A program made the position numbers and the translations under genes. Under the pieces are notes generated by a model. The model was not told the DNA's origin, did no database searches, and saw nothing but the letters and a program-made list of their open reading frames with translations. A DNA stretch of 64,000 nt from the human T2T-CHM13v2.0 reference genome, Homo sapiens: the NCBI RefSeq assembly GCF_009914755.1, contig NC_060932.1; one strand, 5' to 3'. Positions 15,452 through 29,827 of this stretch are shown here, piece by piece (position 1 is the stretch's first letter; each line of letters starts with the position of its first letter).

Positions 15452-16095
15452 TTACCATTCATTCACTCACACTCTCAATAAATATTTCATTGAGCACCCT
15501 TATGTGAAGATCAGTGCATTAGATGCTTACAGAGCCACAAAGCAGAGTCCAATACAGACTCCATGCTCAAGGGGTTTGCTGGGGTGGTTTTAAAATGTAA
15601 GGTAGAAAATGATACATATAATAAATAAGATTAAGTACTATGAGAGAGGAGAGAGAGATTTCTTGTAGCTAAGAATATGAAAAGTTTCATGAATGTGGTA
15701 GTCTTACAGTGGGACTTTTATGTTTTTATGTTCAAATTTTCAGTATAAGTTTCCCAGAGAGGTGGAAAAAAGTATGAGCTGGGAGAGGGAGAGAAAGCCG
15801 GGAAATTATGATTCATGCACAGTAACCAGAAATTAATGCTGAAATGCAGTGAAGGAGAATCATGGGGAAAAACATTGGAAAAGAAGGTTGTGGCCAAATT
15901 TAGGGAGAATTTTATAGCAATGAGGAATGACAAACATTTTCCAACTAGGCAATAACATGGTTAGAGTTGAATTATAGGAAACGTGACCACACAGCATGAG
16001 GAGGTTGAATTGGAATGGGAATTACTGGTGACCATGGTCCAGGACTAAGGTGATGAGGAAGTAGGATAAAAGCAGTGCAAGGATTTGTTGAGGTT
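15452..16095 (-). mobile_element. L2 relic
   Basis: CATTCATTCACTCAC...AATAAATATTTCATTGAGCACC is the L2 3' end in antisense. Confidence 0.6.
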
Positions 16096-16097
16096 TA

Positions 16098-16174
16098 GTC
16101 TGGTCTAACCAGGCCAAGATAACCACCAGGCCAAGATAACAGTGTCTGGTCTAACCAGGCCAAGATAACAGTGT
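16098..16174. repeat. Short compound tandem duplication (3x ACCAGGCCAAGATAAC)
   Basis: Read directly from the sequence. Confidence 0.9.
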
Positions 16175-17008
16175 GAATTCTCTTTGATATTTCAGAAATG
16201 AAGATTGGTGCTATCACCTTCATTCTATGAGATCCTTACACAGAAGGCAGTTACGATGACTTGCTTCCAACAGGCAGGCAGCGTGTACTAATTTGAAGTA
16301 AGGAGTCAGTCCGAAGGACTTACGATGTTAAGCAAAGAAAAATAAAAATTTTTGGACTCATTTTATCTCACTTTCACCGAATGAAGCCTGAGCTCACTTC
16401 TTCTATTTGCTCTTGGGCATTTGAAATCAGGTTCTTGACAGATATTTGAAAACCAAATAATGTACAGAGAATTTTGAAGTTTTAGCCAAGAAAAGCTCTC
16501 TAGGTAAAAGACAGTGGCAGTAAAAGCAGCCCTGAATTTTCTCCCTTATATTTCATATTGGGGTTTTCATTTATTCCTGTTGGAGGAGGCATAGTGGATC
16601 TCTGGAGCTCTCTGCTGTTCAAATCTAGGAGGGTTTTGTGGCTTAGTTTACAAAACAGACGAAGCTTTTCACATCGGTCCTTTTTGGAATAACTGAAACC
16701 ATGCATACCTTCCTGCTGTAAACAAAAGGAAAACTGGAAAAATATATGAGACAAAAGTTTTTTCACATTGGAAAATAGGTAGCATAGAATTGTGGTCCTA
16801 AGAGAAATGAAACAAATAAGGTGAGCCCTAAGATTTCCCCAGCTTTCTACCTGGGGCATTTTCTGGACATTAGCATGGGGAGGTGATCCCAAGAGAACAC
16901 GACAGTCTTTCTGAGTGGTACAAACAGAAGATAGAATTTGGGGAAGCTTACGCAGTTAGAAATTCTGGAACAGTAAGAGATGAGGGAGCTGCATAAAAAA
17001 AGAGATCC

Positions 17009-17643
<635 letters not shown>

Positions 17644-18185
17644 TCCAGAAACCCACATAAGAATTCTCCTAAATTTGTTGCTCAATACTAAGCTACACAG
17701 CATAGGGTGAAACTCTCACAGGCCAGGTAAGGAACAACCAGGGAGCAGGAGATTGAATAGCTGCCAGAGTCAGTCTGCAAGATGTTTTAGTTCTGAGCAG
17801 CCAGAGTGGAGAGTGCTTACTGAGCCTCCAGGCTGAATGGAAGCTCCAGAGGGTCTCGTCATAATAGGGGGGCTAAACTAGTGCTAATATAAGGGCTTCT
17901 TTAAATCTGCCCTATAAAGCTTAAAAACAAGCCTTGAAAGGAGCAAGCCAATCCATAAGGAACTTAACTGTCTGCCAGAATAAAATGTAACACTCTCAAC
18001 ACTTTTTAAAGGAATGCAATAAAATTCAACACACGAAATACAAATTATGATTTCTAGCCCCCAATATGAAATTAATAGACACAGAAAGAAGCAGAAAGAT
18101 GAGACCATAATGGGGAGAAGTATCAGTCAATGAAAGTAGATGCAGAAATGACAGAAATGATAAAATTAGTAGACAAGGACTTTTA

Positions 18186-18316
18186 TATATTTATTTATTT
18201 AGTTAGTTCTTATTGGAGACAGAGCCTCTCTCTGCCACCCAGAGCTGGAGTGCAATGGTGTGATCATAGCTCGCTGCAGCCTCAAATTCCTGGGGTCAAG
18301 CTATCCTCCCACCTCA
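18186..18316 (-). mobile_element. Alu monomer fragment
   Basis: GCTGGAGTGCAATGGTGTGATCATAGCTC. Confidence 0.8.
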
Positions 18317-18508
18317 AAATTAGCATAAAATTGCTCAAAAATTCAAAGGAACATATGAAGAAAAGAAAGAAATATACATATATAAAATAAATACATGGAA
18401 TAAAAATAGAAATATGAAATGAAAAATTCACTGAATAAGATTAATAGAAGTTTAGACTCTACAAAAGAAAAGATTAGTAAACTTGAAGATGTAGCAATAG
18501 AAACTATC

Positions 18509-18826
18509 TGGCCAGGTGTGGTGGCTCACGCCTGTAATCCTAGCACTTTGGGAGGCCGAGGTGGGCAGATCAAGAGGTCAAGAGATCGAGGCCATGCTGG
18601 CCAACGTGGTGAAACCTCGTCTCTACTAAAAATACAAAAATTTGCTGGGTATGGTGGCGGCCACCTGTAATCCCAGCTACTTGGGAGGCTGAGGCAGAAG
18701 AATCACGTGAATCAGGAGGTGGAGGTTGCAGGGAGTGGAGATTGTGCCACTGCACTCTGCCTGGCGACAGTGAGACTCCATCTCAAAAAACAAAAAACAA
18801 AAAAACAAAAAAACCCCCCAAAAAAC
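18509..18826 (+). mobile_element. AluSc-like
   Basis: GAGGTCAAGAGATCGAG, CCTGGCGACAG; TSD CAATAG(A/T)AACT(A/C)TC. Confidence 0.92.
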
Positions 18827-19304
18827 CCACGACAATAGTAACTCTCCTAAGTGAGTTACAATTTCACTTTAATAAGCTAGTGGGAAGAAAAAGAAATTAA
18901 ATCTCACCCAAAGTAAATCCCTGGAAGGAAAAATAAGGAGCAGACATTTTCATTTATTTCAGTGAAAGTAAAATTAGAGAAAATAAAAATCAATGGAAAA
19001 GAACAAAACCTTTTTCTTTAAAAAGATAAAAATGACTAATCTCTAGCTAGACTGATCTCAAGAAATAAAACAGAGAGACATAAATGACCAATGTCAGAAA
19101 TGAAAGAAGGGATATTACCACACATACTCATATATTAAGAACACGAAACAGACTTATATCCCTGCTTTTGTGATGGAGGTGTGGTAAGAAACTCAGGAAA
19201 TGGATTTTCGGGTGGAGAGAAAAAGGAAGAGTATAAAGAATATTCATTTGGTCCATGTAGGTGACCCTATGGAGAGAAGGGTGGCTTGGCATTAAGAACA
19301 GTTA

Positions 19305-19593
19305 TGGAGGCTGGGAAGGTTGGGGAGATAGTGGTCAAAGGACACAAAATTTCAGTGAAATAGAAGGAATAGATCTATTGTACAACACGGTTACTGTAGT
19401 TAACAACAATGTATAGTATCCTTGAAAATTGCTAAGAGAGTAGGTTTTAGATGTTCTCACCACACAGAAAAATGGTATTTGAGGAAATGCATATAATACA
19501 CTCAATTTAGTTATTCCACAATGTATAGATATTTCATAACAAAAGGTTGTATGCAATAAATAAATAAAACTTTTGTCAATTTGAAAAATAAAC
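19305..19593 (+). mobile_element. L1MA 3' end fragment
   Basis: GAAAATTGCTAAGAGAGTAGGTTTTAGATGTTCTCACCACA. Confidence 0.82.
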
Positions 19594-21840
19594 TAATGTT
19601 TTTTTTTTTTTTAAATCATCTAGTTAGTCCCTGGTGTGAATATTGGAGTGGTTGTGTTGCATTCCATTCTGACTTTTTAAAATTTAGGCCTGTTGAGGAA
19701 GGCCACACCTTTTGGGTGAGTCTGGCATCCCCTGCAGTGAGTGCTCATTCTTTGTGAGGAGAAAAATTCTCTTGGGTCTTAGGTGGAAAACAGAAAGGTA
19801 GACCTTTAAAAGATGTGAGAGTAGAAAAGAGGACTTCCTGCTCTCTTTCTTGCTTGCTTTTCTCCTGAATCTAGGACTGTGGATGCTGGAGGCCTGATAG
19901 GCATACCTGGAGTGGTGTTTTGATGGTCTCTGCCATCATGTGGGAGACGGTTGAGAGCAGGAGGGATAAGTGACAGTAGTGGCTGTTAGCTAAAGATGAG
20001 TAAAGTGTATCTTGCATGACCCATGTAAAAGCCTTAACTGATACAACCTAGCAGTAAAGTGTTGCACCTAAAGAACAATTTAACAGAAAATCAAATTCTT
20101 ACTGACGGCTTCCAAACTCATTCAGGGAGACATAAGTACAGTCTAGAGACTCTCTTATTAACATGCTGTGTCTTCACTTATTCTCTAGTGCTCAACAACT
20201 CCTGGACACCTCTAACCCAGAAGATCTTCTTCTTCTCCGTATTATCCTGTCTCCATGTTCTACTCCTTCTATCACCTCTCAATCTGGCCCTGTTCTTCAG
20301 AAAACTCTGCTCCAAATAGTTGTCCCTCCAACCTCTCATCATACAAAACTCCCTAGGGAATGTTTTTCGTCGTCTTTGACTGTTTTTTATTTCTAGAATC
20401 CAAGTGTGTGGAATTTTTTTTCTTTTAAAGTAAGAAAAAGGGCAAGAGGCTATTGTGGTGGTGATGGTGTGAAGGGATAAGTTTCTGAATCCCTACGCAG
20501 ACATCTTAAACTCTGACATACTTGTAAGCTTGGTAATTTAGTTTGATGTTATTTTAGGCATTCATTTTCTCTTTATTTTTTATACATTCTTGGGTCTTTA
20601 TAAATATTAAATATTTTGTAATTTATCATTTATGCTATCGAGAAAAGTAATATAATATTGATAGAGGAAAATTTAACATTGAATAGAAAAGCATTGAAGA
20701 TATGCATATCTTTACCAATTTTACTACTAGGAGAAAATCTTGAAATCATTTTCAAGTTGTGCAAAAATTTAGCCAGACATTTCTATAACTACATTCATGA
20801 AAGTGATGTATTAGAAAGAAACTCATGTCCACTGATATGGACAATATCACTGTGGAAGGGGGTCAATAAAATAAATTATAGTATATACTATCTAAAATAA
20901 TGCTGTGAAATACTTCTTGATGACAAGGTTTAAAAGTTTTATAATATATGTTAAATAGTTGTGGAAAACCATATGACTAAAAGATCTCATTTTTATAAAA
21001 ATGTAACATTTACAAAAATATTGAATCATAGGCAACAAACTATCTGTGGTGGTAGGGGACAGGGTATTTTTCATTTTTGTGCTTTTCTGTTTTTGACAAT
21101 GTATGTGTGTAGTAGGAATGTGTTTGTCTGCCTGCAAATTACAGAAAGCTGATTTCAGTTGCTCATCAAATAGATTCCCCACTTCATTTACTGGAAATCT
21201 GAGTGTAGATGGCACCTGGCCTTGGTTCAGCACTGATAATGTCATTGGGGGAACTGGGAGCCCTTTCCTACACCCAAGTCTCTCAAAGGGCTGGCTCCTT
21301 ATCCTGAGGTCTCTGCTCAGCATGTCACCAGCATCTCTGAGAGTCTTAGAGCCTTTTCCTCACATTCACCCCATGAGCCAGAAGATGCTGCAGTTCTAGA
21401 GGTCATGATCATGCCTGCATTCCGGGCAGAATTACTCCAAAGGAGGAAGCAGCAACATGGCAGGTCACCACTTTCGTCTTATCATCAGAACTGGAACCTG
21501 TGCCCTCTGCCCTCTCCCCAACTCCAAGGGATGCTGGGGACTTGAGTATCTCAGTTTTTCCAGCATTGACAACTGAGAGTTGTCTAGGATTGTTTGGTAG
21601 AGTCAACCTCTGACATCTGCCCCAGTATGTATTAATTGACAACAAGGTAACATTTTTAAAAAGAGATTGCTAATAATCAATAGATTATTTTATTGGAGGC
21701 CACATGAATGCTGTAGAGTGTAGAATTTGATGATACAATTCCAATTGGTTGTTTTGCTAATATTTGTTATGTGCACAACATTGTGCAAGGGGCTTGTAGA
21801 GGAAAAGGAAATGTCTGAGATGATCAGCCATCGGGAGACA

Positions 21841-21975
21841 AATACTGCTGTCTAGGAGACATGTCTTATATTCAGAGCTCAGTATAATACTGCATTCTAG
21901 CAGACAGGTCCTATATTCAGAGCTTAGTATAATACTGCAGTCTTGGAGACATGTCTTATATTCAGAGCTTAGTAT
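21841..21975. repeat. 45-bp minisatellite, 3 copies
   Basis: Unit AATACTGC(T/A)(G/T)TCT(A/T)G(G/C)AGACA(T/G)GTC(T/C)TATATTCAGAGCT(C/T)AGTAT. Confidence 0.93.
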
Positions 21976-24146
21976 AGAGTAGGATACATACAACAGGAAG
22001 AAATATCAAAGCCAATGGTAGAGACAAATATTGCTCTAAGATATCAGCAAGTGTCCAAGGAGTTTCCTGGGGGAGATCACACCCAAGCTGGGCTTTAAAG
22101 CATGTGAGGATTCAGAGGAAGGCTTCTTTGAGCATGGCAACATCATGTGGCCATGCACCTGTCATGTGGGGGCCAGTGATGAGGCTAGGCAAACTTGAAA
22201 TCAAGAGTAGAGGGTGCCAGAGAGAGCTTGAAAAGGTTTTCAAACAGATATTGAAGTATTTCCATTCCAAGGTGAAGGAAGCCACATCTTGTTCCAGGAG
22301 CTCGTAGCTCATCCCTGTGACATTTGTTCTGCTGACTCAGCTTCTCCGCAGGGCTGTTCCTGTTGTTTGCAAGGGGCCTAGATGCCAAGAGCTTGATTCC
22401 TGCCGTCAGGCATCTGCCTGCACTTTCTACCCCACTGGGGGATGCCCTGCTCAGACCTCTGTCTCCTGGTCTCACACACCTACTTTGCCAACTCTGCCGT
22501 TTGCTCTCTCCCACCCATCAGCAAGAGTCTTTGGTGATGACTTTGTGAGGCCACCTCAAGTGCCAGCATCTATGAGTTGTGACTTGTGACATGTGGCTGG
22601 GGTCCTTTACAAGATGCTTCAAGAAGCTGATTTCAGGCACTCTGGATACAAGAGATGAATGACAGTTGTAGTATTAACCCAGGAAGTATTGGAAGATGGG
22701 GGTACTGTTATCAACGTCCACTGCGAGCATTGTAGGGCAGATCTGAGTGCTGGAGGACCCATGGGCCAGGGCTCAGTGGTGACCACAGAAGGAGCACTGG
22801 ATTGAAAGCAGGCTCTGCTACTGACATGCAATGGAAGCTTAGGTCTTGGAACCTTGTATAATCTCTCTGGGCCTTGGCTTCCTCATCTGTTAAATGGAGG
22901 TATTAACACTTGCCCTCCTCACTCCAGTTTAACAATCCTTATTTATTGAACACACTTTATATGCCATAATATTTCTAGTCTGAATAAATGAATCAACAAA
23001 GCCCCAGGACCCCAGACTCACACATGTACACAAACACATATGCACACACAGAATGGCCATTCTTAGAGGGACCTTGGAGGTGGAGTAGTCCATTGTAGGT
23101 AGAAGAAAGGCACAAAGGTTAAGCATGAACATAATGTATTAATTGTGGAATGAGATATGAGTACCAACTGCCAGGCTTCCTTGCACGGATCTATCTCAGC
23201 ACAAGACTTCATCCTTCCCATTTGTCCGCACTCAGTATTCAAATATAAATAAGCCTTAGTTAATGCCTGTCCTCAAGTAGCTCACAGTCTAATGAGGAAG
23301 CTGATACAAATGCAGATAACTGCAATATAAATGGTAAATGGTGCAGCAGTGCTAAGTCAGTGAACCAGTGAAGTGAGGTTCACAGACGAGGTGATGTCTG
23401 AGCTATGGCGTTGTGAAGGGTGGCAGAGTGATGATCAAATCTAAGAGGCAGTTATTTCCTAAAATAGCTGCCAGGGACATGGATCATTGATCCTTTGCTC
23501 CCCGCGACTTGTCCTACTTCACCCCTGTAATTTTTCCACCAGTTGCTTCTTGCATGCACAAATAAGTAGGAAGAATGTGAATCATTCAGTCAGGAGACCT
23601 GGATTCTCATCTCAGCTACTAGTAACTTCCAATGTGACCTGAGCATTAGACACAGTTGTGAGTGCTGTGCTTTGAGAGGTAAAGAGGACATTTGCCATTG
23701 AATCCCTTTCTCCATTTAAGGAATCCTCTATCTAAAAATTCTAGGTCAGAGAAAAAGTCTATGTCTCATTGAGAATGTGAAATTTGCCAGTTTCCTGCCC
23801 TTCCTTGCAGCTCGGGTGGAGATTGGTGAACTCGGTTCTCCTGATCAGAAGCCCATTGGACAGGGTATGAATCAGAAGGAAGTGAGGACAGTGGTGAGTC
23901 CTCCTGCAGGTGGTAGCTGTCCCAGACAGGGCTGTGTCTCTGCAGTGCAAGCTGCAAAGTCCAGTGTCCACGATAGCAGCACCCGCTTTCTCCCATGACC
24001 TGCTCTGATGTCAGGCTTTGCTCCCGGACCGTGGTTCTCCTGCTCCCCTACCACATACATTGTCCTTTGAAGATGTTCCCTTTTTTTGGTGATGTAAGCA
24101 TTCCCAGTTTCTGCTGCTTGCTACTAAGCACCTTAATTACTAACAA

Positions 24147-25187
24147 TGGTGCAGGATATTTTCTTGACCTTTTCATGAGACTCACAACAGAGGTACCCTG
24201 TTTAGTCAGCCCGCCATGCTCAACCATTCACAGGAGGGAGCACAGAATTGAATGAGTGCAGGAACTGGCCAGCTGCTTAGGTGCTGGCAGGAGCAAACTC
24301 TGTGCAGGCCCTGTAGCAGCATCCAGGTGGGGGTGCCTGTGACCCCAAGGCCCCAGAGGGCATGTCACAATGCTCTCTTAGCTCTGCAGTCTGTGGACAG
24401 CAATGTGTTTTCAATTCAGTGGGCCCTTTGCCTCATCACGTGGGGCAGCTGTCCTCTGCCAGGGAGGGCAAAGAGCCACTGTGACAGCCTTTTTGGGTAT
24501 CTGCACTTGGTGGCTCCTGAATTCTTGTCCAGTGCCCAAGAAGAATGAGGTCATGCAGACAAATCAAAGGATGGTAAATGCAGAGAATTTTATTGAAGGA
24601 TTAAAATGGCTGTCAGTGGAGGGGGGAGCTGGAATTGGGATGGGATGGGGTCACTCTCCCATGAAGTCAAATCGCATCACTGCCTCTTTCCTCCAAAGTC
24701 AAGTCACCTCTTTCTGACGTCCAGCCACTGTCTCTGAAGTCAAGTCACCTCTTTCTGATGTCCAGCTGCTTCTCTGAAGTCAAGTCACCTCTCCCTGTGA
24801 TCCAGCCACTTCTCTGAAGTCAAGTCACCTCTCCCCGACATCCAGCCATGTCTCTGAAGTCAGGTAATCTCTCTCCAATGTCCAGCTGCTTCTCTGAAGT
24901 CAAGTTGCCTCTTCTCAATGTCCAGCTGTTTCTCCTCTCTTACTGGCTGAGCCTGGGGTCTTTATAGGCACAGGATGGTTGGGGGTAAAAGTAGTTTTGG
25001 AAAGGGCAACACTCAATTTGTAAAAAGACTTTATTCAGAAAGAACCAATTGAGAGAGAGCCGGCAAACAGGAATAGAAGTTCTCACGTTGGGCTGCCAGT
25101 TTCAGGCTACTTTTGGCTTGAAGGTGGGGTTTCCACTGGGGACCTGTCCCTGTCTGCGTAGAGTTTCTCTGCCTCATGCCTCTATCA
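24147..25187 (-). mobile_element. ERV1 solo LTR of the LTR27/LTR28/MER52 group
   Basis: Minus strand starts TGATAGAGGCATGAGGCAGAGAAACTCTACGCAGACAGGG, has CCTATAAAGACCCC TATA box and AATAAA, and ends CCTGCACCA. Confidence 0.82.
24696..24934. repeat. ~40-bp tandem repeat, about 6 copies, inside the LTR
   Basis: Unit AAGTCAAGTCACCTCTYYCTGATGTCCAGCYRCTTCTCTG. Confidence 0.92.
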
Positions 25188-25931
25188 CCACGGCTTGGAC
25201 AAGATGCTCTCCAAGGTTCCTTCTATCTCAGTGTTCTGCAATTCTAGAATTTGTCTTTAGATCAGCTAGTGCATTGCTGGCCCCTAAATTAATGCTTACT
25301 GAGTGACTGAACAAATAGGCCACAGGATCCCTGCCTCAGACGTTCCCGTTGCTGTGCTTTTCACTATCTCACTCAGTGATCAGAGATACCCACATGGAGG
25401 TAGCAGGAGCCACATCAGCAAGAAGCAGCAATGCCGTTCCACCCTGCCCTATGATTTTATTAATGTTTTGGAAAATCGGCCAACATGGAAGCACTGTCTC
25501 CCTGCATGGTGTGCATCTGCTGGAGGATGTGCAAGATGTGGAAGCCATGGTTTCTATCCCCAGACAACAATAGTCTGATAAGGAAGAAGAGGTTAGCATA
25601 TTTTAAACGTTTAGTGCTAAACAATGTCAAAGAGACATAAAGACCCAGAGAAAGGAGAAATTGGTGAACAGATTAAAAAAAAAGGAAGTGGTAGGCAGAG
25701 TATGAAAGTTTGAGTATGATTTAATTAAGCAGAAGGAAGTTCATATTTGGTTTGGAACCCAGCACAAGTTGGGGCCCAGAGCCAAGAACAAGTTGGAAAC
25801 TTATTTGTCATTGGGGAATCAGGTTCACGTGGGGGAGTGGCAGGAATAGAGGGGATGTCTTATTTTCAACGGCCTTGATTGCTTGGCAGGTCCTTTCACA
25901 CTCTGCTTGTAGGTTCAGAAAACAAACAAAT

Positions 25932-26081
25932 GAGCTAGGTATGGTAACACAAGCCTATAGTCCCAGCTACTTGGGAGGCTGAGGTGGGAAGATCACTTGA
26001 GTCCAGGAGTTCGAGGGTGCAGTGAGCCATGATTGTACCATTTGCACTCCAGCCTGGGCGACAGAGCTGTCTCTAAAAAAA
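25932..26081 (+). mobile_element. FRAM/AluJ right monomer
   Basis: Single sense monomer with A tail. Confidence 0.85.
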
Positions 26082-26179
26082 ATTTTTTTAATGTTTTTAA
26101 AAAGTACACCAACAAACAAAGAATATCAACAAAGAAAATCACTAGACGCAGTTAGGTGGGAATCATTTGGAAACCAAAG

Positions 26180-27010
<831 letters not shown>

Positions 27011-28174
27011 AGGAAAATAATCAATGTGGCGTACCTGCATACGCACTACCCACTACAATCCATGCTCCACTGCAGTTGGTGATTCCCATGGGTGAGCTGT
27101 GCTGGCTGCAATCAAATCCTAAAATGACCTGATGGCATTGAGAGCTTGTGGCTCCAGCTCCTTTCTTTTTCATGTGAAATCTCTTTCAGGAAAGCCCCAC
27201 TTCTCCTGCTTTTCTATCCTGTTGGCTCATCTCACATCAATAGGCCGTGAAGCTGGCTAGGGCTTACACCACCTCCTAGCTTATGCTTGTCTTTGACAAC
27301 ATGAATAAAATGCTGATTTTCCTCAAGTGACCACTGTACCAACAACTGGTGAAGTTTTCTCCAAAAGTTTTTGCTTTTGAAAATCTATTTGGGCAATGCC
27401 AGCAATTTCCACTCTCACTGAGTTTGCCTGTGGTCCTGTTATTCTTGCATCCAGTTCATTTCATGCCTTGCCATTGGCTTGGCCTTAACTAATAGCGATG
27501 GCCTGTGTCTTCATGCTGTCTTAGTGCACAGCCGCACCTGCACCAAGCTGTACTGCAGACATAGCTGTAAGCTTCTGTTCTTCTCTTTAAGAATATCCCT
27601 GAGAGTCTCGTTTCCCTACCTGCACGAGGGATGGTGGAAGCCTTGCCTGCCACCCCAGTTTTCTCAGAAGCGAATGCTATGTGCATCCACTCCTTTCTAG
27701 CATCTTCTAATGATCTTTCATGTCCCTACTGAATGTTTCCCTTTGCATTGCCGCCCATGCCCACAGGACTGATGAAGCACACTCTGTGGTTGTCACTAGT
27801 GATCTGAAGGTGGAGCAGCGGTCTTTTAGGATGTTATAAGAACTGCATTAGAAATACAAAGGGTGGGTTTTCGAGAAATCATGAACTCCTGTGTCCAGGG
27901 TCTGGTTAATCTCAGGCAGATGGGCCTGCCGGGTTGCCCCTAAGAAACCTGTGTCAGTTGAGCCCCAAGGGCCGCTCCCTGGAGAGGCTCAGGATGTCCT
28001 TTTAAGGAGAGGGCTCACAGGGGCTAGAGGCAGAGCAGGACCCAGGCATCTTCAGTGGCTCTGACCAAGGTGCTGGCACCCTCCAATTGCCCCCAGCCCA
28101 CTCGGGCTTTGCAGTTTCTCAATGATGTCCTCCCCTTCCTGAGTGTCCCTCCATTCACCCCACTGAGAAGCATT

Positions 28175-28410
28175 TCAGTGGGATGCTTAAGCACACAGGT
28201 TCTGAGCCAGAATGCCTGGCTTCCTGACTCTAACTCCCTAGCATGAGACCCTGGACAAACGACTTGACATCTCTGTGCCTCAGTTGCATTATCAATAAAT
28301 TGGAAGTCATCAGAGTTCCCACTTCAAAAGACAGTTATAAGGATTTTACGTGTAAATAGGTAAAGCTCTTAGAATTATTAATGCATGAAAAGCTTGTAGC
28401 ACACATTGTG
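28175..28410. mobile_element. MIR relic
   Basis: TCTCTGTGCCTCAGTTGCATTATCAATAAATTGG core-like segment. Confidence 0.6.
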
Positions 28411-28752
28411 GATATAAATGACTTCACAGGATTTGTTGGTTCTATCTTGAGGTCTGATGGTGCCTCCCAGGTACTTGCCCACCTCTGGCCAGAGTTCCTT
28501 CCACGTGAATTATGCTTGGCAGGTATAGGAACTCTTGTCTTCTTAAGGAATTAAAAAATGAATAAATGAATGAACATAGAAAGCCTCAGATCTTCAGGCA
28601 AGTGAACAAGTTCTCCTTTGTGCCCATCTCCCTGGATTTACAGCTTCATTTTGCCTATATATAGAAGAACCCATGACAAGAGAGTTTAGGGTGCATGACA
28701 GTACAGGAAAATGGCTTATGCAAACTGAGACCTTCAATTAATGCATGCAGTT

Positions 28753-29113
28753 TATATTAGTCTGTTTTCAAACTGCTATCAAGAACTACCTGAGACTGTA
28801 TGATTTATAAAGAAAAGAGGTTTAATTGCCTCACAGTTCCACGTGGCTGGGGTGGCCTCAGGAAACTTACAATCATGGTGCAAGGAGAAGGGGAAGCAAG
28901 GCACATCTCATATGGTGGCAGGAGAGACAGCAAGAAGGGGGAAGTGCCAGACACTTATCAAACAACCAGATCTCGTGAGAACTCTTTCATGAGAACAGCA
29001 TGGGGGAAACCCCCACTATGATACAACCACCTCCCACCAGGTCCCTCCCTCGACATGTGGGGATAACAATTTCAGTTGAGATTTGGGTGGGGATACAGTG
29101 CCTAACCATATCA
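28753..29113 (-). mobile_element. THE1D/MSTA-type MaLR solo LTR
   Basis: TATATTAGTCTGTTTTC...GAGATTTGGGTGGGGATACAGTGCCTAACCATATCA. Confidence 0.92.
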
Positions 29114-29516
29114 CACTAGTTCTTTCACTAGACCACAAGGAGACTTAAAAATAAAGAAGGTATGATTTCTGCCCTCCAAGAACTTACAGTCCTGTTAAAA
29201 GACAAGATTATTTAAATGAGATGCTGGGTCACAGGGGAGCATGGAGAAGGGGAGTATCAATGTGGGATGGTCTACTCTTGGGGAGAGTCTTCCCTGCAGA
29301 GAAGGGACTTCATGAATGGGTACACTGGACAGGTGGAAGGAAGATCATTTCAGCAGGAGGGCAGACATCAAGGTAAGGATGAGCATAACCTATTTATCTA
29401 TGGACAGAGCCAGGGGAAGCAACTTTACCTCCCAAGGAGATCCCAAACCAAAGGAAGATGCATCCATTCTATTCACCTGCAGGCCTTCCTCTTAGATTGG
29501 GGTAGATAAGAAGCCT

Positions 29517-29827
29517 GGGCCGGGCATGATGGCTCACATCTGTAATCCTAGCACCTTGGGAGGCTGAGATGAGTGGAACACTTGAACCAAGGAATTTAAG
29601 ACCAGCCTGAGCAACATGGTGAAACTCCGCCACTACAAAATACAAAAAAATTATCCAGGTGTGGTGGCATGCACCTGTAGTCCCAGCTACTCAGAAGGCT
29701 GAGGTGGGAGGATAGCTTGAACCCAGGGAGGTGGAGGCTTCAGTGAGCTGGGATCATGCCGCTGCACTCCAGCCTGGGTGACAGAGTGAGACCCTGTCTC
29801 AGAAAAAAAAAAAAAAACAAAAAACAA
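29517..29827 (+). mobile_element. AluJ-like
   Basis: Sense dimer, A-rich tail. Confidence 0.92.

Noticed and set aside
24696-24934. CRISPR-like periodicity (also 21841-21975)
   Set aside because: Whole units repeat with no unique spacers, no cas genes, and the context is eukaryotic.
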